Assembly (NCBI GenBank): GCA_012517825.1
Contig: JAAYUG010000115.1
Coordinates: 827-64,826, forward strand
Direction: 5' to 3'
Source of the DNA: Bacteroidales bacterium
Lineage (GTDB): Bacteria; Bacteroidota; Bacteroidia; Bacteroidales; JAAYUG01
DNA length: 64,000 bases
Shown here: in pieces, positions 34,869-44,216 of the stretch
Layout: each line of letters starts with the position of its first letter
Position numbering within the stretch: position 1 is the first letter of the stretch
Translations under genes and position numbers: made by a program
The notes under the pieces: generated by a model
Told to the model about the DNA's origin: nothing
The model's database searches: none
Seen by the model: the letters and a program-made list of their open reading frames with translations, nothing else

Positions 34869-36218
34869 TCACATGGTGAATACCCTGCCACCGGCCAGCA
34901 CTTCCTGCCGTTCCTCGTCGAAGGTGACTTTTTCTCCGGTATGAAGGGCAGCCGTAACCATGATATTGGCAATTGAATGGTTGTAGGCGGCTACCACATC
35001 TCCGTTGCACTTCCTGCGGCTTCGCAGGCATTCCATCCAGTTGCGCATATGAGCATTTGTCATCGGATCAGCGCCGGTATTGGCACCGGTGACCACTTTC
35101 ATCTGCGGCAGAGATTGTTCTTTCAGCAGATTGGCTTTCATGCCCATAGCCCTGGCTTCACTTTCCTGCAGTCCGCCGTCGGACGTAATTTTGTTCAGAT
35201 CAAGGTTCAGCATTCCTCCATTGGAGAAATACAGTTCCTTGGTGCCGCCATAGGAATTGGTAAAACGGGAGGAGTATACCACCTGGAATCCGCGGGAAGG
35301 ATCATCCAGTGGGCCATAATCGAATACGGCCGTCATGGTATCGGCATTGGCTCTGCCATCTTTCCAGAGGTAAACTCCGCCGTTTGCTGCCACCGAGCGG
35401 GGATGGGGAAGGCCGGTAAACCAGTGCACCGTATCAATCTGGTGCGACATCCACTGGCCGGGAATCCCTGATGAATAGGGCCAGAACAGCCGGTACTCAA
35501 GATAGTACCTTGGATTCCATGGAACATAAGGACGATTGATGAGAAAACGTTTCCAGTCGGTGTCTTCTTCCTTAATGGAGGCTACCAGGTCGGGTCTTCT
35601 CCACCGCCCCGGCTGATTGACATTCCAGGTCATTTCCACCATGACGATATCACCAAACTTACCTGATTGAATAAATTCGGCTGCAGCAATATAATTGTCA
35701 GCCGATCTTCTCTGGGAACCAATCTGGAAGACCCTGTCCGATTCCTGCACGACCTTCAGGGCATTTCTGTTATCTTCCATCGTTTCGGCAAAGGGTTTTT
35801 CCACATAAACATCCCTTCCTGCCTGAACTGCCTCGATGGTATGCATGGCATGCTGGAAATCGGCCGTACTGATAATAACAGCATCCACATCCTTTCTTTC
35901 GTATAACTCCTCATTGTTGCGGGCCAGGGCTACTTTAATCCCCTGTCTGCCAAAGTAGGCCTGCGCTTCTTCTCTCCGGCGACTCCATATGTCAGAAACC
36001 GCTACAATCTCCATATTCAGGTCTTTGGCCGAAGCAAGAAAGGCCGGTATTAGGGATGATCTTGCACGATCAGAGAAGCCAACAATACCAACACGGATAC
36101 GGTCGTTTGCACCTGTAATGCGCTGGTAGGCGCTGGCAGGAAGACTGATGCCCCCCAGGGCGACCCCGGCTGTTCCGGCCGCCATAACTTTTACAAACTT
36201 CCTTCTGTCTGTTTTCAT
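34869..36218 (-). CDS. Tat-exported Gfo/Idh/MocA-family oxidoreductase
   Basis: MKTDRRKFVKVMAAGTAGVALGG twin-arginine signal, RVGIVGFSDRA Rossmann motif and VEKPFA. Confidence 0.85.
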   Translation of the reverse strand: MKTDRRKFVKVMAAGTAGVALGGISLPASAYQRITGANDRIRVGIVGFSDRARSSLIPAFLASAKDLNMEIVAVSDIWSRRREEAQAYFGRQGIKVALARNNEELYERKDVDAVIISTADFQHAMHTIEAVQAGRDVYVEKPFAETMEDNRNALKVVQESDRVFQIGSQRRSADNYIAAAEFIQSGKFGDIVMVEMTWNVNQPGRWRRPDLVASIKEEDTDWKRFLINRPYVPWNPRYYLEYRLFWPYSSGIPGQWMSHQIDTVHWFTGLPHPRSVAANGGVYLWKDGRANADTMTAVFDYGPLDDPSRGFQVVYSSRFTNSYGGTKELYFSNGGMLNLDLNKITSDGGLQESEARAMGMKANLLKEQSLPQMKVVTGANTGADPMTNAHMRNWMECLRSRRKCNGDVVAAYNHSIANIMVTAALHTGEKVTFDEERQEVLAGGRVFTM

Positions 36219-36274
36219 ATTGTATTTGATTAGCAGGTTATTACTTGATAGAACCCAAAATATAGATTTTTCAG

Positions 36275-37669
36275 TTACAGTTGTTTTATCTTGATGCTGC
36301 GGAAGGAGACCTCATCCCCATGATCCTGGAGTAAAATATGCCCCTCGGGTGCTTCGCCGAAGTTTTTCCAGACCTTGTACTTGCTTTCGCTAACCAGTTT
36401 TCTGAATTCAGCTGAACCGCGCTCATATTCAAGAACTTTAAAGCCGTTCAGCCAGTGCTCAACGTGGTTTCCTCTGGAAACAATGCGTGCCTGGTTCCAT
36501 TCACCAGGCGCATTGACCCGTTTGTTAGTGGCCTTGATCAGATCATAAAGGGAGGCAAGAGTTCTGCTTCCTTCATGGTTTCCCAGTTTGGCGTCAGGAT
36601 GGTTTTCATCATCCAGAATCTGGTATTCCAGCCCAATAGCAGAACCTTTGTTGTGTTCCGATTCGGTAACAAAGTATTTTATGCCGCTGTTGGCTCCCCT
36701 GGTAATTTTGAATTCCAGGGTCAGATCAAAGTCAGAATATTTGTCCACGGTAACAATATCGCCTCCATTGGCAGATTCAGCGCCCCCGGAAGGAAGAACT
36801 GTCAGCATGCCATCAGCAATTTTCCATCCTTTTTCAGGGAACTTATCCTTATATGCTCCCCTCCATCCATTGGACGTCTTTCCGTCGAAAAGAAGTTTCC
36901 AGCCATGATTTTTTTCCCAATCGCTCAGCGTATTGGGAATCATGTTCACCTGGCGGATGCCTGGGTCTCCATGAAATCCGTAGAAATCAAGACTGTCGGT
37001 ACGTATTCTGATGTTCCTGAAACGAACCTGAAGCCCAACCTTTGACGCATCATCTCCCACCGAATGTACCTGCAGAGCAATCAATCCTTTGGGAGTGAGG
37101 TTATCCAGCAACCAGGAAGCAGGGACGTCGTTGATCCATGTGCGGATGGTATCACCTATGGCTTCAATCCTGAATTTATTCCATTCTCCCTGCCGGAATG
37201 CGTTACGGGCAGGTTCATTGTCGGCAAGAGTATACAACCAGCCTCTGCGGGATTCATCATATATTCCGCCGGTCCATGCCCTGGGAGAAGGGTCAATCTC
37301 CACCTGGTAACCATGTACCCGGCCGTTCATAACGAGAGGAGAACTGATGCTCCGGATTTGCACGCCGGAATTAAGCTGTGAATCAACTTTGAACTCAAGT
37401 TCAAGAATAAAGTTGTCAAATTCCTTTTCGGTACAAAGAAAACTGTTGGGACTTTTCAGCACGGTGGTTCCCACAATCTCACCGTTTTCAACTTTATATT
37501 CAGCGGTTCCGTTTTTCTGAACCCATCCGCTGAGGTCTTTTCCGTTAAAAAGCTGATACCAGCCAGTTTTTTCAACCGAAGGAGCAGACGAACAGGAAGC
37601 GGCCAGGACAAAGACAACCATTCCGGTTGCTACGACTGTTAATTTCTTGATATTTATAAAGTGCTTCAT
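36275..37669 (-). CDS. Tandem DUF1080 (3-keto-disaccharide-hydrolase-like, concanavalin-like fold) lipoprotein
   Basis: Lipobox LAASC. The pattern W..LFNGK.L.GW.......(W/Y)KVE.G...G occurs twice, and each half ends in ...FRNI(R/K)I.... Confidence 0.8.
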   Translation of the reverse strand: MKHFINIKKLTVVATGMVVFVLAASCSSAPSVEKTGWYQLFNGKDLSGWVQKNGTAEYKVENGEIVGTTVLKSPNSFLCTEKEFDNFILELEFKVDSQLNSGVQIRSISSPLVMNGRVHGYQVEIDPSPRAWTGGIYDESRRGWLYTLADNEPARNAFRQGEWNKFRIEAIGDTIRTWINDVPASWLLDNLTPKGLIALQVHSVGDDASKVGLQVRFRNIRIRTDSLDFYGFHGDPGIRQVNMIPNTLSDWEKNHGWKLLFDGKTSNGWRGAYKDKFPEKGWKIADGMLTVLPSGGAESANGGDIVTVDKYSDFDLTLEFKITRGANSGIKYFVTESEHNKGSAIGLEYQILDDENHPDAKLGNHEGSRTLASLYDLIKATNKRVNAPGEWNQARIVSRGNHVEHWLNGFKVLEYERGSAEFRKLVSESKYKVWKNFGEAPEGHILLQDHGDEVSFRSIKIKQL

Positions 37670-37678
37670 AGAAAATTA

Positions 37679-38557
37679 TTAAGATGTTGTTTGCTTCGCA
37701 ATATATTTTTTGAGCCATTCAAGGAATTCGACGCCAAATTCGGGATGTTTTACACCGTAAATAACATTTGTTTTCAGGAAGTCAATTTTACTGCCAATAT
37801 CATATCGCTGTCCGGCAAAACGGAGTCCGTAGGCAGGCCTGGTCCGAACCATAAGGCGAAGGGCATCGGTGAGCTGAATTTCATTGTTTACGCCCGGAGG
37901 AATGGTGTCAAGGTAATCAAAAATATCAGGTGTAAGAATGTAGCGGCTGGCAATGGCCAGGTTGGAGGGTGCCTTATCGGCCGGTGGTTTTTCGACAAAG
38001 TCGTTGATGAGATAAACATCCCGGTCAATTTCGGTTCCGCTGATAACTCCGTACCGGCTCACAACAGCAGGATCGACCTCTTCCAGAGCAACGACCGGAT
38101 GTTGGTATTTGTCATAAAGTGCTCCAAGCTGGCGGGTTACAGGGCCCTGATCAGAATCAATCAGCGTATCGCCGAGAAGTACGGCAAACGGCTGGCCATT
38201 AACGTGATCGCGGGCATACCGGATCGCATCACCAAGTCCGTTAAGTTCTTTCTGCCACACAAAATGGATATTGGCCATCGAGGTAATTGCGCGGATGGTA
38301 GCAAGCTCATCCGTTTTTCCTTTTTCCATGAGCTGGTTTTCGAGTTCGAAACTCCGGTCAAAATGCTCTTCAATGGCTCGCTTTCCTTTACCGATGATCA
38401 TGAGGATATCGGTAATACCGGATGTAACAGCTTCTTCAACCACATACTGGATTACCGGTGTATCGACCACCGGAAGCATTTCTTTTGGCTGTGATTTTGT
38501 AGCCGGAAGAAACCGGGTACCGAAACCGGCCGCGGGTATTACTGCTTTGGTTATCAT
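37679..38557 (-). CDS. galU: UTP--glucose-1-phosphate uridylyltransferase family (GalU-type nucleotidyltransferase)
   Basis: KAVIPAAGFGTRFLPATKSQPKEMLPVVDTPVIQYVVEEA and VLLGD are canonical GalU motifs. Start at the ATG at 38557. Confidence 0.9.
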   Translation of the reverse strand: MITKAVIPAAGFGTRFLPATKSQPKEMLPVVDTPVIQYVVEEAVTSGITDILMIIGKGKRAIEEHFDRSFELENQLMEKGKTDELATIRAITSMANIHFVWQKELNGLGDAIRYARDHVNGQPFAVLLGDTLIDSDQGPVTRQLGALYDKYQHPVVALEEVDPAVVSRYGVISGTEIDRDVYLINDFVEKPPADKAPSNLAIASRYILTPDIFDYLDTIPPGVNNEIQLTDALRLMVRTRPAYGLRFAGQRYDIGSKIDFLKTNVIYGVKHPEFGVEFLEWLKKYIAKQTTS

Positions 38558-38611
38558 ATTATTACATTTTCCGTGTACGTACACGGAATCAATTGCAATA
38601 TATAAAAAACT

Positions 38612-39616
38612 TCAGATATTATAAACAATGGCGGGTTTTATTACCTGTATTCTGTGCGGTGCCATTGTTTCGACGAGCTGATGGAACATGGAATCTCCCT
38701 CGTAGGTACCAATGACAGCGCCTCCTGAACCGGTAAATTTGGCGGTAGCCCCCACGGAACGGGCCAGTTCAACCATGAGAATATTGCCTTTGCTGATAGG
38801 CATCACCTTTCTTCGAAGGTCGAAATTTTCATTCAGAAGCTGACCGAGGCGGCTTTTCTGGCCGCGCAGGAGGAATTCATAAGCTTTTTCGGTTAGCTCG
38901 CTCCACTGCCTGATGGCATCCAATACCTGAGGATCGCCGGCATGGTATCTTTCCCGGAAGGTATTGTGCACCACTTCAGAACCTTCTGAAAGGTCGGTGC
39001 GATAAGCAATATAGAGATCGGGAAGAAGGGCGGGGTCGAAAGGTTCATATTTTCCGTACCCCTGTTGATCCATGTATTTTTTGTTGAAATCCATATACAC
39101 AGGGCATTCATAGGCCTGAGCCACACGATCCTGAAGTCCTGCTGCTATTTTCAGTTCATCGTTTTCCACACTGAGCACGAGGTTGGCCAGAATGGGCTTT
39201 GGGATAGATACCTCGTAAAAACTCATCAGGGCTTTCATACAGGCTGTAATAATAGCACTTGACCCGGCCAGGCCCAGACCGTATGGAATGTCGGACTGAT
39301 AGCGGACAGTAAAATTCTTTTCCGGCAGTTGAATGCCTTTTGTCAGGCAATAATTGTAGAACACTTTAATGGTGGCTTTGATAAGTCGAATGCCCCCGTA
39401 ATAACCATATGCCTTTACGTCATCGTTCAGTTTCTGGATGTTGCTGTACACGAGTGAATCGTACACAGAAGGCACAATCTCTATCTCAGGCGATTCGTAG
39501 AGCAATACTTCTGCCCTGAAGTTACTGAAAACAAAAGCGATCGTTTTACCAAAGTAACCGTCGGAGGGATTTCCGATGAGAGCAGCACGCGGATAGCTTG
39601 TGGTCTTAATGATCAT
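38612..39616 (-). CDS. GHMP-family sugar-1-kinase, glucuronokinase-like subgroup
   Basis: GNPSDGYFGKTIAF, GYYGGIRL, GLGLAGSSAII (GHMP motif II), AGLQDRVAQAY, NFDLRRKV and KFTGSGGAV. As I recall it, this motif set matches plant-type glucuronokinase. ATGA overlap with the upstream GT2. Confidence 0.75.
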   Translation of the reverse strand: MIIKTTSYPRAALIGNPSDGYFGKTIAFVFSNFRAEVLLYESPEIEIVPSVYDSLVYSNIQKLNDDVKAYGYYGGIRLIKATIKVFYNYCLTKGIQLPEKNFTVRYQSDIPYGLGLAGSSAIITACMKALMSFYEVSIPKPILANLVLSVENDELKIAAGLQDRVAQAYECPVYMDFNKKYMDQQGYGKYEPFDPALLPDLYIAYRTDLSEGSEVVHNTFRERYHAGDPQVLDAIRQWSELTEKAYEFLLRGQKSRLGQLLNENFDLRRKVMPISKGNILMVELARSVGATAKFTGSGGAVIGTYEGDSMFHQLVETMAPHRIQVIKPAIVYNI

Positions 39617-40362
39617 GACAACGGAATAAGATACTGATATTTTTTCAGGCCTGTTTTATGCAGAAAATATTGAAAACTGACCCTGAGTACGCCCAGACCA
39701 TAGACAACACTTCTGCGGAAATTAATGGATGAAGCTTCCTTAAAATATTTTGTAGGACATGTAATTTCAGCAATTTCAAAACCTGCCATAAAAATCTGGG
39801 CTATCATCTGGTTATCGAACACAAAATCATCTGAATTGGCATTATAGTTGACCTTTTCGAGCACACGGCGCGAAAAGGCCCTGTAGCCGGTATGGTATTC
39901 GGAAAGCTTCTGATTCAAAAGGACATTCTGCGCCAACGTAAGAATACGGTTAGCAACGTATTTGTAAAGAGGCATTCCGCCCCTGAGGGCACCTCGGCCC
40001 AGAATGCGCGAACCGAAGACGACATCGTATACTTCGTTGGCAATCAGATAGCACATTGACTGAATCAGGCGGGGTGTGTACTGGTAATCGGGGTGCAGCA
40101 TAACAACGATATCGGAATTCAGCTCAAGAGCCTTGTTGTAACAGGTTTTCTGATTTCCGCCGTACCCTTTGTTTTTTTCGTGGCGAATGATATGACGGAT
40201 TCCAAGGCGTTCCGCTTCCTGTATTGTATTGTCGGTACTATGGTCATCAACCAGAATAACATGATCCACTATATCAAACGGAATCTCCCTGTAGGTTTGT
40301 TCCAGGGTTTTTTCTGCATTATAAGCCGGTAAAACTACGGTAATGACTTTGTTGTTTATCAT
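39613..40362 (-). CDS. Family 2 glycosyltransferase (polyprenyl-phosphate glycosyltransferase, DPM1/ArnC-like)
   Basis: VVLPAYNAEKTL, ILVDDHSTDNT, NKGYGGN and HPDYQY. The size and motifs fit polyprenol-P sugar synthases. Confidence 0.8.
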   Translation of the reverse strand: MINNKVITVVLPAYNAEKTLEQTYREIPFDIVDHVILVDDHSTDNTIQEAERLGIRHIIRHEKNKGYGGNQKTCYNKALELNSDIVVMLHPDYQYTPRLIQSMCYLIANEVYDVVFGSRILGRGALRGGMPLYKYVANRILTLAQNVLLNQKLSEYHTGYRAFSRRVLEKVNYNANSDDFVFDNQMIAQIFMAGFEIAEITCPTKYFKEASSINFRRSVVYGLGVLRVSFQYFLHKTGLKKYQYLIPLS

Positions 40363-40373
40363 GAAGCATTTAA

Positions 40374-42050
40374 TTAATCCGTTGAATTTTGGGAAACAAC
40401 CTGCATAAAAACAAACCCGTTTTTTTCGTACAATACGCGCAACAAAGGGTATAATTTAAGGTATTTTTCCTTTTTGCTGATTTTGGTAACGGCATAAACC
40501 GGAATTCCTGCTTTCCCTTTGTACAATTCCTCCCCGAGTGTGGTAAAATTGCTTTCTTCCGGCATTCTTGCGGCATAGAACAAATTGGCATAGCTTTTAA
40601 AGCCCAGGGTCATAACAAGGCATTTTTCCTTCTGTTTGCTTTTATAAAAATCAATAGCCGCTCTCTGGGAAAAAGCTTCAATGCGGGAAGTGAAGAAGGT
40701 CATTGAAAACCAGGTAAAAGCCAACGTGCCCGCAAGAAGGAGCAATGTTCCCCGCAGGTATTGACGTGTTTTGAGGTGCAGCGAAGCCCATGCTGCACAA
40801 ACAAGCAAAACTGCACCTCCTGCCCATTCGATTCCGGAAAACGTGACATCAGCCTGAAGATTTCCCGCTGCAAAAGGATCTTTTATCCACCCTGTTGCCA
40901 GGAGCCGGGAACGGTTTTGTATCACCAGCATGGCAAGTGCCGGAATCATGGCAAGAATGAGTGACTGTATCCAGAGCCATGTGTGCTGCCAGTGAGGATA
41001 ATTTCTTCTGTTTTCAATGAGGGTATTGACATAATAAGCTGCCAGGAAGGTAAGCGGAAAATAGCAAAGGGAGGAATAATGCACGATTTTTGTTTTTACG
41101 ATGCTAAAAAGAACCAATACAATCCAGAATAAAATCTGCAACCATAAAACAGATTGTTTCTGAAGGGAATTGTCGGTTTCCTGTTTTCCGAACAGCACGG
41201 GAACGGCAAGAACCGATGCCGGAAAAACTCCGAAAAGAAGCACTACCACGTGGTAAAGGAAAAAACCTCCATGTCCGGCATCCTGTGTCGAAAACAATCT
41301 GATCTGATAGCGGATAAATTCCAGAACAAGATTCATATTTCCGTTCACAATCTGCAGGAGAAACCAGAATCCTCCCGTTAAGGCTACAAGAATGAAGTAA
41401 AGAACCACATGCCAGACGGAGGCATTAAGGCGGAACTTATTAAAAGCCAACCACATGATAAAGGTCAGCATCAGAATCAGAACCGCCACCGGGCCTTTGG
41501 TAAGAATAGCGAGGCCTATGGATAAAGCGGAGAAAATCAACATGGGGATACCCTTTTCTTCCTTTCTGCGCTCAAGGAAGAAGATAAGAAACAGAATGCC
41601 TGCGAAAATGAACAAATTGAACCAGGGGTCGATAATACCTGACCTGAAATAAAAAAAAGGCAGCATAGAACCAAGGTACAGAGCGATCCAGAGGATGGCA
41701 AAGCGGGTTGAAAAAATCCGTCGGCCGGCAAACCAGAGGAGAAAGATGGTGCAAACTCCTGCTACGGCATTGGGAAAGCGGGCGGCAAATTCATTTATCC
41801 CGAACAGATGCATAGATAACACCTGCATCCAGATAAACAAAGGGGGTTTTTCCCAGAAAGGCTGATAATTGATGCGTACTGTCAGATAATCGCCCGAAAC
41901 AATCATTTCACGGGCTGATTCGGCAAAATTCACTTCATCCCAGTCGAACAGGTTTACCCGCCCAAGAAACGGGAGAAACAAAGTGAGGGCGAAAAGAGAG
42001 ATCAGAACAGGATACAGGGCGTTCCTGCCCTTAAAAAAGTCAGTCAGCAT
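40374..42050 (-). CDS. ArnT-like polyprenyl-phosphate-sugar-dependent glycosyltransferase (GT83/GT39, PMT_2)
   Basis: Multi-TM protein. LFDWDEVNFAESAREMIVSGDYL...FWEKPPLFIW parallels the ArnT DE.RYAE.SREM...FEKP motif. I chose the start at 42050 (MLTDFF). Confidence 0.8.
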   Translation of the reverse strand: MLTDFFKGRNALYPVLISLFALTLFLPFLGRVNLFDWDEVNFAESAREMIVSGDYLTVRINYQPFWEKPPLFIWMQVLSMHLFGINEFAARFPNAVAGVCTIFLLWFAGRRIFSTRFAILWIALYLGSMLPFFYFRSGIIDPWFNLFIFAGILFLIFFLERRKEEKGIPMLIFSALSIGLAILTKGPVAVLILMLTFIMWLAFNKFRLNASVWHVVLYFILVALTGGFWFLLQIVNGNMNLVLEFIRYQIRLFSTQDAGHGGFFLYHVVVLLFGVFPASVLAVPVLFGKQETDNSLQKQSVLWLQILFWIVLVLFSIVKTKIVHYSSLCYFPLTFLAAYYVNTLIENRRNYPHWQHTWLWIQSLILAMIPALAMLVIQNRSRLLATGWIKDPFAAGNLQADVTFSGIEWAGGAVLLVCAAWASLHLKTRQYLRGTLLLLAGTLAFTWFSMTFFTSRIEAFSQRAAIDFYKSKQKEKCLVMTLGFKSYANLFYAARMPEESNFTTLGEELYKGKAGIPVYAVTKISKKEKYLKLYPLLRVLYEKNGFVFMQVVSQNSTD

Positions 42051-42693
42051 GCTTGAGCAAGTTTCGAAGGTTATTGTCGAACCAGGGTTTTTCAATCCGT
42101 TTTAAAATCATCAACGAAAAAACAACGGAAATGATTCCAAGGAAAGAACCGGCCAGAATATCGATCAGGAAATGCTGCGACAGATATACTCTGGAGTAAG
42201 CCACCGCAAAAGCCATTAAGAGAAAGAAAATCTCCCAATGCCAGCGCCTTGTGATGTGTGCCAGAGCGAAAAACAGAGCAAAAGCGCTGGCACTATGGCC
42301 GGAAGGAAACGAATGACTCCGGAGCATTTTAACCCCGTGAACGATATGGAGGTTGTAAATACCATCAAAAAAGGCAACCGGACGCATGGCCCCGGGGAAA
42401 GCAAAGTTTTTAAGAATCTGTGCGAGCAATCCTGAAATTATGAATGACAGCAGGATCAGAAAAAACCATCGCAACCTGATGAAACTAACCAGGAAGGAAA
42501 GCATGACAATGAACAATCCATTACCCAACAGGGTTAAATACTTAAAAAGCTCATCAGTTAACTGGACATGAAAGGAGGTGGCATAAATATGCGACTGTGC
42601 TTTACCGTATATGAGCAAAAAAGAAAGTGCCACCAATGCAATGAATAGCCAGCCTATGAGGAAAAGTTTCCGGGCAAACAGCAATTTCAGCAT
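42040..42693 (-). CDS. PAP2-family lipid phosphatase (LpxE/LpxF/undecaprenyl-PP-phosphatase-like)
   Basis: The tripartite PAP2 motif is present: K....RP (ILKNFAFPGAMRP), SFPSGHS and SRVYLSQHFLIDILAG. The protein is membrane-embedded. Confidence 0.85.
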   Translation of the reverse strand: MLKLLFARKLFLIGWLFIALVALSFLLIYGKAQSHIYATSFHVQLTDELFKYLTLLGNGLFIVMLSFLVSFIRLRWFFLILLSFIISGLLAQILKNFAFPGAMRPVAFFDGIYNLHIVHGVKMLRSHSFPSGHSASAFALFFALAHITRRWHWEIFFLLMAFAVAYSRVYLSQHFLIDILAGSFLGIISVVFSLMILKRIEKPWFDNNLRNLLKHAD

Positions 42694-42813
42694 ACGGATG
42701 GTTTATGTGAACAGCACAAAAATAGTATATTCCGCGCAAAACAGGAGGTGTCTCAACCTCCTGTGAAATTTTATTTTGGCACAAAACCTATTTGTTCATT
42801 GAATAGCCGGCAG

Positions 42814-43959
42814 TTATTTTCCAGCAGAAAAAACGTATTCAATCGTTTCGTGGAATTTTTCTCCCGGATTCAGTACAACGGACGGAAAGTTTTTCTGATT
42901 GGGCGAATCGGGGAAATGGTGAGGTTCAAGAGCAAGTCCATTCCGAAAGGCATAGATTCCACCGGACTTTCCTTTAGCAGTTCCGTCCATAAAATTTCCG
43001 CTATAGAACTGAATACCGGGTTGGGTTGTCCAGATTTCAAGAATCCTGCCCGTTACCGGCGAATGAAGGCGTGCGGCCAGGCCAAATGATCCGGGAGCTT
43101 TCGACAGAACCCAGTTATGGTCATATCCCTTTCCGTAAAGCAATTGCTGATGCGATTCGTTTATGCGGGCACCAATAGTTTGTGGTTTTCTGAAATCGAA
43201 TGGGGTATTGTCAACCGGCATCAACTCACCGGTAGGGATCAGCGTTGAATCAACGGGAGTAATGGCATCGGCAACCAATGTCAGATCATGGCCGAGAATG
43301 TCTCCTGTTCCTTCTCCATTCAGATTAAAATAGGCATGGTTTGTGAGATTGATAATGGTTTTTTTGTCCGTTTCGGCCTGCATATCAAGCACCAAGCGGT
43401 TGTCGTCCGTAAGTGTATAAAAAACATTCACCGTAAGATTGCCAGGATAGCCTTCCTCCCCGTCTTTTGAAAGGTAAGAAAAGAAAACAGTGTCCCCGTT
43501 CTGCCGGCTATCCCATACATGTTTGTCAAATCCCTTCAGGCCTCCGTGCAGGGTATTTGGACCATTATTGAGGTAAAGGTTATAGGTAACTCCATCGAGG
43601 GCAAATTTCCCTTTGGCAATTCTGTTGGCATAGCGTCCCACAATGCAACCAAGGTACATGTTATCATTGAGGTATTCGTCGAATGTATGGTAGCCCAGCG
43701 TTATATCAGCACGATTTCCGGCTGAATCAGGCGTAATAACCGACAATATCCTGGCGCCGTAATTGGTGAGCCATACTTCCGTTCCCTTGCTGTTTTTCAG
43801 GGTATACAGCTTAATCTCCTTACCGTCAACCAAACGGTGAAATGTTGCTGTATCAAGTGCCGGCAAAGTTGCATTCTGCTTCTGAGAATTGCGGGAGCAA
43901 CTTCCCGATACAAGTGCTAATACCAATAGCGAAAGAAAAAATGCAGGTTGTGATTTCAT
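42814..43959 (-). CDS. galM: Aldose 1-epimerase (galactose mutarotase), exported lipoprotein form
   Basis: Lipobox LVSGSC. GRYANRIAKGKF.LDG..Y.L..NNGPN.LHGG, TNHAYFNL and EPHHFPDSPN. Confidence 0.9.
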   Translation of the reverse strand: MKSQPAFFLSLLVLALVSGSCSRNSQKQNATLPALDTATFHRLVDGKEIKLYTLKNSKGTEVWLTNYGARILSVITPDSAGNRADITLGYHTFDEYLNDNMYLGCIVGRYANRIAKGKFALDGVTYNLYLNNGPNTLHGGLKGFDKHVWDSRQNGDTVFFSYLSKDGEEGYPGNLTVNVFYTLTDDNRLVLDMQAETDKKTIINLTNHAYFNLNGEGTGDILGHDLTLVADAITPVDSTLIPTGELMPVDNTPFDFRKPQTIGARINESHQQLLYGKGYDHNWVLSKAPGSFGLAARLHSPVTGRILEIWTTQPGIQFYSGNFMDGTAKGKSGGIYAFRNGLALEPHHFPDSPNQKNFPSVVLNPGEKFHETIEYVFSAGK

Positions 43960-44216
43960 AGTTATCTGATTATTTATACCATTGCAAATTAAAGGAATTT
44001 CCTTAAAAATATGCGACTGATATTGTTGAATTATTATTCAGTATGGATATTAACCCAAGATTATTCTTTCCTATCAGGTAATTTATTGAGAAAAACCAAA
44101 AAATGCGTTCTTTTGTAGAGGGTCGAAATACGGCATTTTTTAATTAAAAAAATTATCTGCTATTTTAGCGCTTCGTTGCAGAAAGAAAATTGTTGAATAA
44201 TTAACCTGCTTTTGTT

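Noticed and set aside
37661-38494. 277-aa plus-strand ORF covering almost all of galU in antisense
   Set aside because: The minus-strand frame encodes a canonical GalU (AAGFGTRFLPATK...). Long antisense open frames are a common codon-bias artefact. The antisense product is low-complexity and motif-free.
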